A stretch of 64,000 nt of DNA from Convolutriloba macropyga (lineage: Eukaryota): assembly GCF_964194025.1 (NCBI RefSeq), contig NC_134471.1, forward strand, positions 23,932,001 to 23,996,000, written 5' to 3'. Positions 14,701-25,148 of the stretch are shown here, one piece after another. Position numbers and translations under genes: made by a program. Each line of letters opens with the position of its first letter. Positions within the stretch are counted from its first letter, which is position 1. The notes under the pieces are model-generated. The model saw only the letters and a list, made by a program, of their open reading frames with translations. It was not told the origin of the DNA and did no database searches.

Positions 14701-16883
14701 GATAACTGGTCTAATTGGTTGCTAATGAAGCATAAATGAACATAATTAAAAGTTCGAATTAACAGCTGTTATTCATGACTTGGAAACTACTTTTTCTCAA
14801 AAAATTTTGTGAATTTTTGAGTTTTGCTACTATTTGTACTTTTTGTTGTCTTATAATTTTATCTCATAGAATGCGAATTGGGGTTGTGTCGGTAGACATA
14901 ACAGTTACTGTTTAAAGCTAATTCTTTCTATGACTTCTGAGTTCTGCAAATTTTTACTGAGCGTTTTGTTGACTTCTGTTAGTCCATTTAATGACAGGTC
15001 TCATGCTCGCAAGTGAGGATTAAATCTAAATATTAGTTTCAAAGCCCAGTCTACTGATTTCGTGATTTTTTGCACTATTTATTTTCATTAGCTTGATTTT
15101 GACACTTTCAGAAAATATAACTTGATTCTTTAGTCTTGAATGTCTTTAGTCTTGAATGTCTTTAGTCTTGAATATAACTTGATTCGTTAGTCGAACATTC
15201 AAGACTAAATAATCAAGTTATATTTTCTGAGTGTCAAAATCAAAAAATAGTGTCAGAGTTATGAAAAACAGCTGTTTTTCTTTTCACTTTCATTTTGTTG
15301 CTTTTCTTAAGGTGTTATTTTCTTAAGGTGTTATCAATTTTCTCAAAACTGAAAGTTCACCTTGGCTGTCAAGTGTGACTCACTTTTGGTTAGCTTATTA
15401 GCGCCAACTTAAAGCCAACATTTTCATTGAGATAGTGTTTGTTTTCGAAATAATCAGTTGAATTTGTGAATCTTGCCTTGCTTTGTAGTTATATTGTCGC
15501 TTGTCATTGAACCTGCTAAGAGGTGTAGCTAGGACTTCTATGGTTTTTTGGTATGCTCTGGTTAAGGATATTGGCATGTAGTTATGTAGTTTTCTTACTT
15601 TGAGGCGGCTGACTGACTTTCAGAAATATATTTTTTGCCGAATTGATTTATGCCATGAATTGATTTATTTGGTTTTCGCCTACTTTGCTTTGTCATTAAT
15701 TCCCTCAAGAATGTTGTTTTTGACTCAATATAAGGACAGGGTCAGTGTTTCCAGAATTGGAGGTTAGTATTAGTGATTCTTAAAACACTCTCTTGCAAAC
15801 GGAAATCTAATTGTTTTTAGATTTTTTTTGCATTTTTGCGCTTATAGGGTCATGCGCTTTGTTGACTGTCTTTTTAAATGTTAATGTAACAGGGTTAGCT
15901 GCAGAGTCATTATTTAGTTCAATTTTTAGATTGTACTTCGTAATATTTTTACTTCGTTGAATAAGAATTTGTTTCGCTTACCTTAGTTCACAGCTTGTTG
16001 AACAATTTGCATAAAATCTTCTGACTTCTCTAGGCTAGTTTCATTCATCGCTCATTTTCTCTAATTGTTTTAAAACAGCAATTTCTCAGCGCAGCAATGT
16101 AAAGTGAAAAGAATTAGCATCGAAAATTGGAATCAAAATGAAAACGGGATAAACCCATAAAGCCCAATTTTAGAGGCCCGCTAATTGAACTTTGTTCTTA
16201 TTATTCTTAGTTAACGTTTCTATTGTTTTGGACTTGATGCTAGCCCCTTTGTCCTCTCTTTAAGAACAGGTGTATGCGTAACTACGAAATCCAATCACAA
16301 TAGTTTGAACTTCAAAAAATCTTTTTGTACAATCAATTTTTTTTTCTGTTCCTGCAATCCCAATCGGTGTTATGGGAATCAATGGCGGCTATTTTCCGGC
16401 AATCTGCCGGGTATGTATGTAAAGGCTTAATGATGTTTAAAGCTCATCTAGAATTGGTTCTATCCGAGGCGTATTGGGGCCTTCTTTTAAGGCTCGTCTT
16501 GTCTAAGTTTTCCTTTGATTGGATTTTTCGTTGTGTCGCTTTTACAAATGGAAATTAATAACGTATAATTTATAGAACATGCTTCCAGAAATTAAATAGG
16601 TCATATATTTTTTAACCGTCCCCCTGTGGTTGCTCCACAGCTGTTGTATAAACATTTCAAATTTTCAATTTTGTTGGAAACTTACTATTATTTGTCGAAT
16701 TGTTTGTAACTGAAGTTTGATAATGTCAGCAGGTTTGTCCCTTTGCTTCAAGTTAATTTTTCTAATAAGTATACTGAGAAATTTGCTTCTGCAAAAATAA
16801 AAACACTACGTTTTGATCGTTTTATCAATGCAACCCAAAAATTTATCACCTAAGTGCTTCGCGTTAAGTTCTTATTCCTTTTT
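10805..16883. repeat. Tandem duplication, period ~3.04 kb (10805-13841 and 13842-16883)
   Basis: Both copies end in CACCTAAGTGCTTCGCGTTAAGTTCTTATTCCTTTTT. The junction at ~13842 resumes inside the 1.66-kb unit (TGGAGCTAGTATTTTTTCATTCCCG). ORF ends 13517 and 16558 are offset by 3041. Confidence 0.95.
12071..12219. repeat. ~50-bp imperfect inverted repeat enclosing a 16-bp tandem repeat (second copy at 15094-15242)
   Basis: TGATTTTGACACTTTCAGAAAATATAACTTGATTCTTTAGTCTTGAATGT pairs with ACATTCAAGACTAAATAATCAAGTTATATTTTCTGAGTGTCAAAATCA; CTTTAGTCTTGAATGT occurs about 3 times. Confidence 0.9.
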
Positions 16884-17349
16884 ACCAAAGAGTAAAAATA
16901 AAACTGACATTGCGAATGAAATATTTTTGTATCTACTGCTCCAGACGTTTGGAGCAGTCAACTTATCTATTTCGTCAAATCAGCTGTAATTTCTTCCTGG
17001 TCAGAAGTTTGGTAGATTACTTTGCAAATTTTCGGTTGAAGCTTGCTAGGATTTTTCAGAAGCATGCTTTCTCAACATGCCAAAATTTTTGTTTCTTAGA
17101 GGCATTTTTGTCGCGATATGAATCAAGTCTTCAAAAGTTAATTGTTTTTAAGACTGTATTTTTGCATTGGAACAATTTTAGTTGACGTTTTGAATAAGTT
17201 TATTATATTTGATAAATGAGCTTTATAGTGCCGAGCATAAACTGTGTGTATTTTGTGCGCAGCTGAGCTATAGTCAGTACTGAGTTGCAGTGTGCGTATA
17301 AATAATTGCCAATTTATCTTAGTTCACTGTGTAACTATTGTTGCTAGCA

Positions 17350-17422
17350 ATGACTGCAAGAAGGGGTCCCAACGAGGGTGGAGCTTCGGACGAGGAGAAC
17401 AACGAACATCGAGACCCAGATG
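17350..17422 (+). CDS. Probable exon 1 of the ACBP-domain gene (MTARRGPNEGGASDEENNEHRDPD)
   Basis: GC-rich island with ATG at 17350 and strong donor G|GTAAGG; phase 1 matches the next exon. No homology support for this segment. Confidence 0.6.
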
Positions 17423-19474
17423 GTAAGGAAGTTCATTTTTTTGTCCTTCAATACTCTCTATAATTAGGCTTTAGTTAGATTGCTGTATGCTTTCCAGTTC
17501 ATTAAGTCTAAATTATAATTAAATTATAAATATGATAATAAAATCTTGATTATAAAATAACTCTCTCATTGATAATTTCATTACTTGGCCTGGTAGTTGA
17601 CTAGATATTTTTTGTTGTCTACAGAACTGTTTTTTTTTTTTTGCTACATAACGGTGAATCATAAAAATATAGCTTTTGCTTTGAAGGTCGCAAAATTGAG
17701 ATCGCAAACACTTTTAAATAGCCGTAATCATTAAAAAAACAACAAAACTACAATGTATCATCTGATTCGTAGGTGGTCGGAAATTGTAAATGACTTAATT
17801 GTTGTTTAGGCAGTTGATCTTAGAATCGATGAGAAAGGATGAGTAATATTCTTGGGCATTGAGAAATTTTGTTCAAAATTTTACTTTTTGAATTAAAGGA
17901 AAAGTTTAAAAAGAAACGATAATTCAAAAATATGGCTAATTATGAGTGAGTTCATAATTTTCGACAATCAGCTGAGGGTCTCAGTTATATAATATGTTTC
18001 ATTTCAACGAAAAGAACAGATTAATTGTTGATAAGAGCAGTTTTGTTTTTGGAACCTATGAGTTGTTGCAATTAATGGTCGCCGTCGTTTTCAAAGCGGG
18101 CTATCACTTCGCTCCTATTTTGACAATCCGAGGGATTTGGATTGTATAGAGCGTTGTCTTTTTTAAAGATCTGTTTACACTTTTTGTGACAAAATGATGT
18201 CAACGAAAGTCAAATTAGAGTGGTGACTTTAGTCACGCTGGAGAAGTAAAAGTAGCGAGTTGGCTTGAGATTATTTTCGAACCGCTTATAACAAAATGAA
18301 CAGATTTTGTGATCTGATCAATTTTTTTCGTGCGTTAATTTTTCTTATTTCAGCATTTTTTTCTGAGTGCAATTATATAGTTACATTTGTGATTAATCAT
18401 CTTCAGTTTTAAGCTAATGTTTTTGACCTAGACACCATATTGAAGGGTTTTGGAATTTTTTTTGGTGACTTGCCTTCACTTGTTGTTATCCATTTTTCAC
18501 CTAATGGGATTCGATAAGAAATTTTTTGATTTCCGCAAATTAGTTGCATGCTTTCAAAGGACGTGTAATATCAATTGGTATCTGAAATTTTGTAATTATT
18601 TTTGTTTATTTTTACAAGACATGTATTGAGAATGATTTTTCCTCGTACACAGTTGAGCTGATCATTTTTCAGTTGCATCCCTTTCCTAATCTGCAAAATC
18701 ATTTAAAATGCTTTTTTTGCATGAAGGAGTCAATGGTACTGAAACTGTTTCTGGTCTCTAGTGTTGATTTTTTGAGCTTCTGTTGAAACACACTTTATTA
18801 TGTTTAAACAAAAATACACCTTAGAATGTTAACGCAAAAAATAAGAGAGCGCATTTGGAGGAGGAACGTTTTTTACGGGGAGTGAACCGAATGGCTCCAG
18901 AATGTTTTGTTAACTGATAATGCCATATCTGCACCAAATTTTATTTCATCATTTATTGCCTTTTGAGCTCTGTACAAAAATCCATATCACCGCAGGTATG
19001 ATACCAAATTGCAAAGCTAGTTATTTTGAGGACCCAGACTATTACCTACTAAAAATAGACAATATTGCCAGTAAGAAAACCAATCTTTCGGTACTAATAA
19101 TCGCAAAACTTGATGTTCACATTAGTGTGGATTGTAATTACATTTGATTAAATGAATAAAATTGCCCAATAGAACATTCCAAGTTTTATCAGTAATTTTT
19201 TGATTTTGTAAATTCTCAAAATTTACTAAAATTATCCGCCTCTATCTCTCACTGCTGATCAATTGACCAACAAAATTTTACGTAGTAAAATCCGCAGTGA
19301 GAGATATTTACAATTTATTAAAATAGGATGCGGTTACTCACAATTGAGGACAAATTGTCTCTTTGCAATTTGGTCAAATCGGCTCTGGAGACCAATGTAA
19401 ACTCAGTAATAGAAAATTTGGGTTTTTCAAATTTATAACGCTTCCGGAATCTTGTTTCTCTTCCATTTCACCAG

Positions 19475-19595
19475 ATGCGTTTCGTGAGCGCAATGGAAGC
19501 GCTGGAACTTTTCTGCGCGCTGGGACTGGAATACGACAGGGCTCCATTGACACACGACCGACGACAACTGCTTCAATGACCAGTCGAAGTGAAAG
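19475..19595 (+). CDS. Probable exon 2 of the ACBP-domain gene (DAFRERNGSAG...MTSRSER)
   Basis: Polypyrimidine acceptor CTTGTTTCTCTTCCATTTCACCAG|, donor AG|GTAATG, open frame, phase 1 in and phase 2 out, GC-rich. Confidence 0.6.
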
Positions 19596-20523
19596 GTAAT
19601 GGGACGTTTCTCTTGAGATGGACAAGAATTAGAATAATCCCTTAGAGTAATTAAAATTTTTTAAGTTATCTTTTTCCGAAAACGATCCTTTTAGCTTTGA
19701 GAGATCTTTGAGAGTTTTGTTACTTCTTTGCTTTTGTTTTTTGAAGAATAAGATAGCAGCTTTTATTTTTAAGTCTACTTCTATTTTTTTAATGATCTAG
19801 AGATCAAGGAGTCTTTATTTTGATTTTTTTTAATATGCTGCAGATAGTGATTTCTTGCTATGAGTTTCGGAATCGTTAAAATGAAAGACATCAATTGAAT
19901 TTTTCCTAATTTCAGTCTTCACTATTTTTGGTTTATTAATAGCGCACAGCAATAGCTGGGGATATTTTTGGCGTTTTTTACGATTCATAAAATTTGAATT
20001 GAATTTTTCGAAGGTTTGTGGTGATTGAAGGGAGTTTTACGATAATTTGAATGTTTTTCAACTAATTCTCCAGTTTTAAGGTTTCTTTGCGATTTTGGGC
20101 CCTTTGTTTTTTATTGCTTTTACTTGTAAGTGATTGTAAGCCGAATGTTCGTGGGCAGTTTATATTTCAAATGGAATACAGGTTCTTTGGTACCCATCGA
20201 TTGTTTCCATTGAATTTTGACAAAAAATTGCAAATTTTTTTTCTGGTTTTCTAGTTTTACGCTTTATTTTGGAAATGTTTTTGTGCTTATTTTGGCTTGC
20301 CAGAGTTTGTGTGAACAATGAAGTTGTCTCGATTACTTGAAATATTGCTCCTCCTTTTTATTTGTACTTCACAAATTGAAAACCTAATTTTTTAGTTTAA
20401 ATTACTTGTTAATTTTTCTTTTTTTTCAATAAAGATAGTCTTTTTCTTTTTTGATGCTCACTGAAATCGGAAACTAGTTTTTCCACAAGCTGATTTTTGA
20501 CAAAGGCGTCTTTGAGTCCTTTT

Positions 20524-21480
20524 GGGAATTCTTCCGGCAATATTTTTAAAAAGATCTGTTTACACATTTTCATGATTTATGAAGTCAAATTGGAGTAGTG
20601 ATTTTGGTCACGTCGAAACAGGCATTGGAGCGAAAAGGCGAGCGAGTGGTTTTGCGGTGTGCATTTTTTTGGTCTAATTTGGAAGTAGAGTGAGAAAATG
20701 GTGTTTGATCAAAATTTAGCCTTCTCGCTAGTGGTTTTTTGTTCACATGCGGCTTTTTGACATAGTGTTTTACTGTTTCTGCAACTTTTTTAATCTGTTT
20801 TTTTAAATGGTTTTCACAATCCATGCATAGTCAATTATAGGACTAGTTTTCTGTTAAGTGAATGAAAATTCTTAATAGGCAAGACTTGTCTTTATGGTTT
20901 TATTTCTTCAATATTTTTTGCATCCATATGACGTCACAATCAATTCAGTTCTGCATTTTATTCATTCGTTCATGCGGTTTAGTTGAATTGCCTGTGTGAC
21001 GTCATATTCGCTCTTAGTGCATTGGGTTTTTTTGAATTTGAATTGTATTGGGGCGCTGTCTTTTTTTTAAGATCTGTTCACACATTTTCATGATTTTTGA
21101 AGTCAAATTGGAGTAGTGATTTTGGTCACACCGAAACAGGAAGTGGAGCGAAAAAGCGAGTGGTTTTGCGGCGTGAATTTTTTTCGCTCCAAATTTAAAG
21201 TAGAGTTAGAAAACGGTGTTTGAACAAAAATTCGCTTTCTCGCTAGTGGTTTTTTGTTCACATGCGGCAATTTGACTTTGATTTTTACTGTTTTTTCGTT
21301 TTTTTTGGATCGGATTTTTTTCTAAAGGGTTTTTCCAATCCATTCATAGTCCGTTCTAGGTCTAGTTTTCTGTTTAGTCAATGAAAATTCTTTGAATTGT
21401 ACGTCAGGACTCGTCCTGCTATGTTGTTTTCATTCGCGTGATGAAGTTTTCTGTCACACATGACTTACCTCACTCTCAAA
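20524..21480 (-). repeat. Two adjacent copies of a ~350-450 bp dispersed repeat carrying a decayed small ORF (MDCENHLKKQ...ARRLNFDQTPF...DVTKITTP)
   Basis: Shared AAGATCTGTT(C/T)ACACATTTTCATGATTT...GAAGTCAAATTGGAGTAGTGATTTTGGTCAC at ~20551, 21069, 37808 and 39299. More diverged relatives occur at ~18167 and in the 1.66-kb unit (~4359). Confidence 0.85.
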
Positions 21481-21806
21481 AATTACTTCCTCACTCGAAA
21501 ATTGACTTTTCTTTTCTTTAATGCAAAGAGATAAGGTCAAATGAGTGTGTGTCAGCTAATAGAATCAGCAATACGTTAAAAAATTTTCTCAAAGTACAAC
21601 AGCTGGTTAAAAGTTTTTTTTTGGTCTGTTTCTTTTGCCATCTATTCGAGACTGCAGATCTACGAAGCTATTGCGGGTATTTTCTGGCAATCTACCAGCC
21701 ATATTTTATTTTGTTGCTTGGGAACATTGTAAATCAAATGGGTCTCGCTATATTTGCGCCACTTGTCTCTTTTTCAGCTATTATTTTGTAATTTTTTGAG
21801 TCAAAT

Positions 21807-21880
21807 ATTTCGTGTACCGCCTTTTAATTTCGTGTACCGCCTTTTAATTTCGTGTACCGCCTTATTTCGTGTACCGCCTT
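21807..21880. repeat. Minisatellite, 20-bp unit ATTTCGTGTACCGCCTTTTA, about 4 copies
   Basis: Direct reading of the sequence. Confidence 0.95.
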
Positions 21881-22922
21881 TGGATAGTTTCATCCCCCTA
21901 TTAGAAGCAGCAATAAATTTGACGGATTCTCTGTCAAAACGTAACATCTTGAGCTTTTAATGAAAAGGAATTTTTGTCCGTTTCTTTTACTATCTTTTTG
22001 AGACTGAAGATCTGCGAAGCTATTGCGGCTTTTTTCTGGCAATCTGCAAGCTATGTTTTGTCTATTTGACTTCTAAGGATAGAAGGTAGGGGGTTTTATC
22101 CAATTGGTAATATTTTAAGTGTTTTGCCAGTATTGGGGAATGGTTTCTGATTTGCTGGTTGATGTCATCATCAAAAAACCATTTATCATGTTCTGATAAT
22201 CTTTTTTCCTTTTTCTTCCTGTAGGCGCGTGTGGAGGAGGTTCTGAAGTTTGTCTTGAATTGTGCATTTAAACTTCAAGTTCTGGAGACATCGATACAAA
22301 ATTATTCATTAACTACTATCGGATTTTGTTTTTGCCAAATTTTGTAAAATTTTGCAATGTAAAGTTTTTATGTAAATCTTATATTCTGTTTTTCTGAACC
22401 TTTGCTATTCTGCGGCTTTTGATGATATTGAAATATCTGAATTTAGTTGCACAAAAAAACAAAAGTTGCTAGCAGTCACATATTCGCGCGCGTTTTGTAA
22501 GACAGATCTCACTTCTCATTAACAATCAAGACAATTATTATGTAATTATCTTGCTTTTGTGTTCAAAAATTGTACTTGTTAAAAATCTGTTGGCTGGTCG
22601 CATAGACTTGTGATCATTACAGATATTCTCTTTTCTCAACTTAAAATGCAAATTAAGCAGATCAGATAGTTGTTTGAAAGTTTTATGCGAAGCGCGCCTT
22701 TATTGAAGTACACTTTCAAGTTATGTACTGAGCATTTTTAGGCAAAAAAATTCTGTTTAAATTGCTCTCAAACGCAGAGTGTGTCTTCTAACCAAAATAG
22801 TAGTAAAAAAGGTTATAACATTCTTATTGCTCGCAAATTGTAAATTTCAGTATCAATAATATTAATTATAAAAATACCGAGATTGTTGAATAAACGATAA
22901 AGGTTATGTCAAACTCCGACAG

Positions 22923-23034
22923 AGGTGACCAGTATAAAGAGCACGGGTCAGCGATGAGCTCAGAGAAGAAACTCCATTACCACTTGGATCAGATGCAGGC
23001 TGCATTCCAATACACGCCCACTGATGTACAAGAG
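22923..23034 (+). CDS. ACBP-domain gene exon 3 (GDQYKEHGSAM...TDVQE); alternatively a first exon from ATG 22906
   Basis: Acceptor CCGACAG| gives phase 2, compatible with exon 2. Donor GAG|GTTGGT (phase 0) joins in frame to ACBP helix 1 (VQE|KFFKA). Confidence 0.75.
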
Positions 23035-23520
23035 GTTGGTTGTGTAGTACTCAGTAAATGGTTTTATCAAGCTTCCAGCTTTTGATTGGTTGACAAATAT
23101 AGAAAAATATTGCATGCAGTAAAATTTCAGTTGTTAATACTACCACTTATTTATCCACTTGGTTCATATAGCACTGTCAATTAGTTTAGAATTTAACATA
23201 CAAGTAATGAGAACGTTTTGCCTCGAACCACGCACTGGGAAAAACTTAGCAATATTTTGAATCAAATTGCAGAGAGTAAATCATTAGCTACCTTAAAAGT
23301 AACATAGAGAAGCCTAGCAACAGCAGCGCTCTATCCTTAGGAGATGTCATAGGATTCTCGTCTACTATTGAATAGCATCTTACCACTTAAGACAGTATTC
23401 TTATGAAAATATTTTACGAGTTGATTTGAGTGCTCGTTTAGTTATTTTGAATGTTTTACGATGGAAACGAAAGCAATTTTGAGGACGATTACTTGTTGAC
23501 ACAAAGATGTATGTTTGTAG

Positions 23521-23638
23521 AAATTCTTCAAAGCCCAGAAGAGGTCGCAGCGACTGCAGTCTACCCCAAACTTCCAGGAGAAGATGATTCTTTATTCCTT
23601 GTTCCAGCAGAGCACAGTCGGTGATCCACCTCCTATAG
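23521..23638 (+). CDS. Acyl-CoA-binding protein (ACBP/DBI family) exon 4 (KFFKAQKRSQRLQSTPNFQEKMILYSLFQQSTVGDPPPI)
   Basis: TTTGTAG| acceptor and G|GTTAGT donor; matches the ACBP pattern F..A...L...P..E...LY.LxxQxTVGD. Confidence 0.9.
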
Positions 23639-24079
23639 GTTAGTGCGCTGTTGGATCCTCATTATTCCCAAACAATTAAACGACAGTTAAGCCATTGATA
23701 AATTCAGGTCATTTCACCTGAAAACGAGAAATTTAATATCTTTTTGATCTTTGCGTTTAGTTTAGTGCGCATGTATGATCGTTTCACTATTTTTGAAAAT
23801 TGAAATATTGAATAAATTTGCGGCATTTACATGGACTAATTTGTACTGAGGTCTCAACATAGTTTAAAAGAGATATCTGGTCAATTTAACAGTTGACATT
23901 GAAAAACGTGCGTTAGCTTGGCGCGCATACTTATGTAAACACAGAGCAAGGATTGCTTCTAATCTGTTCAGATTACATTGAATTATACACATGTACACTA
24001 CATCAACACAAATTTGCATGTACTGAATCTACCTTCGGCATGCAACAATGCGAACATGCTTTGATAAAAACTTGTTTAG

Positions 24080-24279
24080 ACGACGAAGAGTTCTCGGATT
24101 TATTTGGTGCGCAGAAAAGAGAGGCGTGGCTACGATTGAGAGGGAGAGGGAAGGAGCAGACGATGAAGGGATACATCTCGTATGTTGAGGAACTGGGAAA
24201 CAAGTATGGATGGATGTTGGACGGAGAGAAGATTGGAGAGAGTCTCTTTGATGAAAGTTTACTTCAATCCGCGTTTTGA
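24080..24279 (+). CDS. ACBP-domain gene terminal exon (DDEEFSDLFGAQKREAWLRLRGRGKEQTMKGYISYVEELGNKYGW...); the 5-exon model gives 207 aa
   Basis: TTGTTTAG| phase-1 acceptor; matches the ACBP C-terminal half KxxAW..L.G..KE..M..YI..VEEL..KYG; stop TGA at 24277-24279. Confidence 0.9.
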
Positions 24280-24341
24280 AAACACCTTGGAATCTAATTA
24301 GGAACTGTGATTGGTGATGCCATTACCAAGGGAGTCTCTTT

Positions 24342-24347
24342 AATAAA
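24342..24347 (+). terminator. Candidate polyadenylation signal AATAAA of the ACBP gene
   Basis: AATAAA 63 nt after the stop codon, followed by T-rich sequence. Confidence 0.55.
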
Positions 24348-24637
24348 GTGCTTCACCTTAAGAAAAACTTCAATTTTTTGAATATTTGTAAATGTTTAGA
24401 GGAAAATTTCCCATGAATTTTTTTTAATTTCTATTTTTCTAGCGTATTAAAACTACATTTTCTGAGGTATTTATCTATTATTTTCGAGTAGCATTAACTA
24501 TAGCTCTATAACTTCCTGAGATTCTCGTTTGAAAAACATTTGAGTCGAATTATGTGACGTCTTTGGAAAATTCCTTCATAACCATTCTAGTTTAAGCATA
24601 ATTTTTTTTCAGACTTTGATCGAATGATTTCCTAATA

Positions 24638-25148
24638 ATGGCTCTGTACAAAATAATTGACAACCTCTACATATCAGACGCCACCAGTGCACAAAATGAG
24701 TACCTCCTTTCAAAATTACATACCATTAAAGCCATTCTGACAGTTATGGACTTTGATCTACCACTCAAACTTGCCTCTATTACATACAAAAGAATTGAAC
24801 TTCTAGACATGTCTACTGAGGATATTTTGTCCCATTTTGATTCAAGTTTCGACTTCATCGACTCATTTCGGAGTAAAGAAAAACCAGAATCAGTTTTGGT
24901 GCACTGTTACGCTGGTCGGAGTCGAAGTGCTACTGTATGTATTGCTTATCTAATGCGCAAGTTAGAATTATCAGTCTCAGAAGCCGCTGAATTTATTAAT
25001 GGCGCGGTTAAGTATGGCGTGCAAGCAAATCCTGGGTTCATGGAACAATTGAGTTTATATGAGAAAATGGGAACTAAAGTTGACAGAGATAGCCAATGGT
25101 TCAAACAGCATTTGTTGAAGATGTACGCTAATAATATGGATAATTTAG
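24638..25148 (+). CDS. DUSP12: Dual specificity protein phosphatase 12 (YVH1) coding exon 1, catalytic DSP domain; exact 3' donor unresolved
   Basis: IIDNLYIS start, general-acid D (LLDMSTEDI), active site VLVHCYAGRSRSATVCIAYLM, NPGFMEQLSLYEKMG. The C-terminal zinc-binding exons downstream identify the DUSP12/YVH1 subfamily. Confidence 0.93.

Noticed and set aside
2987-16558. 60-80 aa ORFs repeated in the tandem arrays as functional genes
   Set aside because: No recognisable domains, many non-ATG starts, broken in some copies; recurrence is explained by DNA duplication.
21807-21880. CRISPR-like short repeats (also 45190-45600)
   Set aside because: No unique spacers, no cas genes, eukaryotic context; these are ordinary tandem repeats.
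22225-22350. Strong acceptor at 22224 as an extra ACBP exon
   Set aside because: The phase-2 reading hits TGA within 7 codons; the pyrimidine tract is better explained as a Lys/Glu-rich minus-strand ORF remnant.
23953-24079. N-terminal part of the 108-aa ORF (MLLICSDY…)
   Set aside because: Intronic read-through; ACBP homology starts at the acceptor at 24080.
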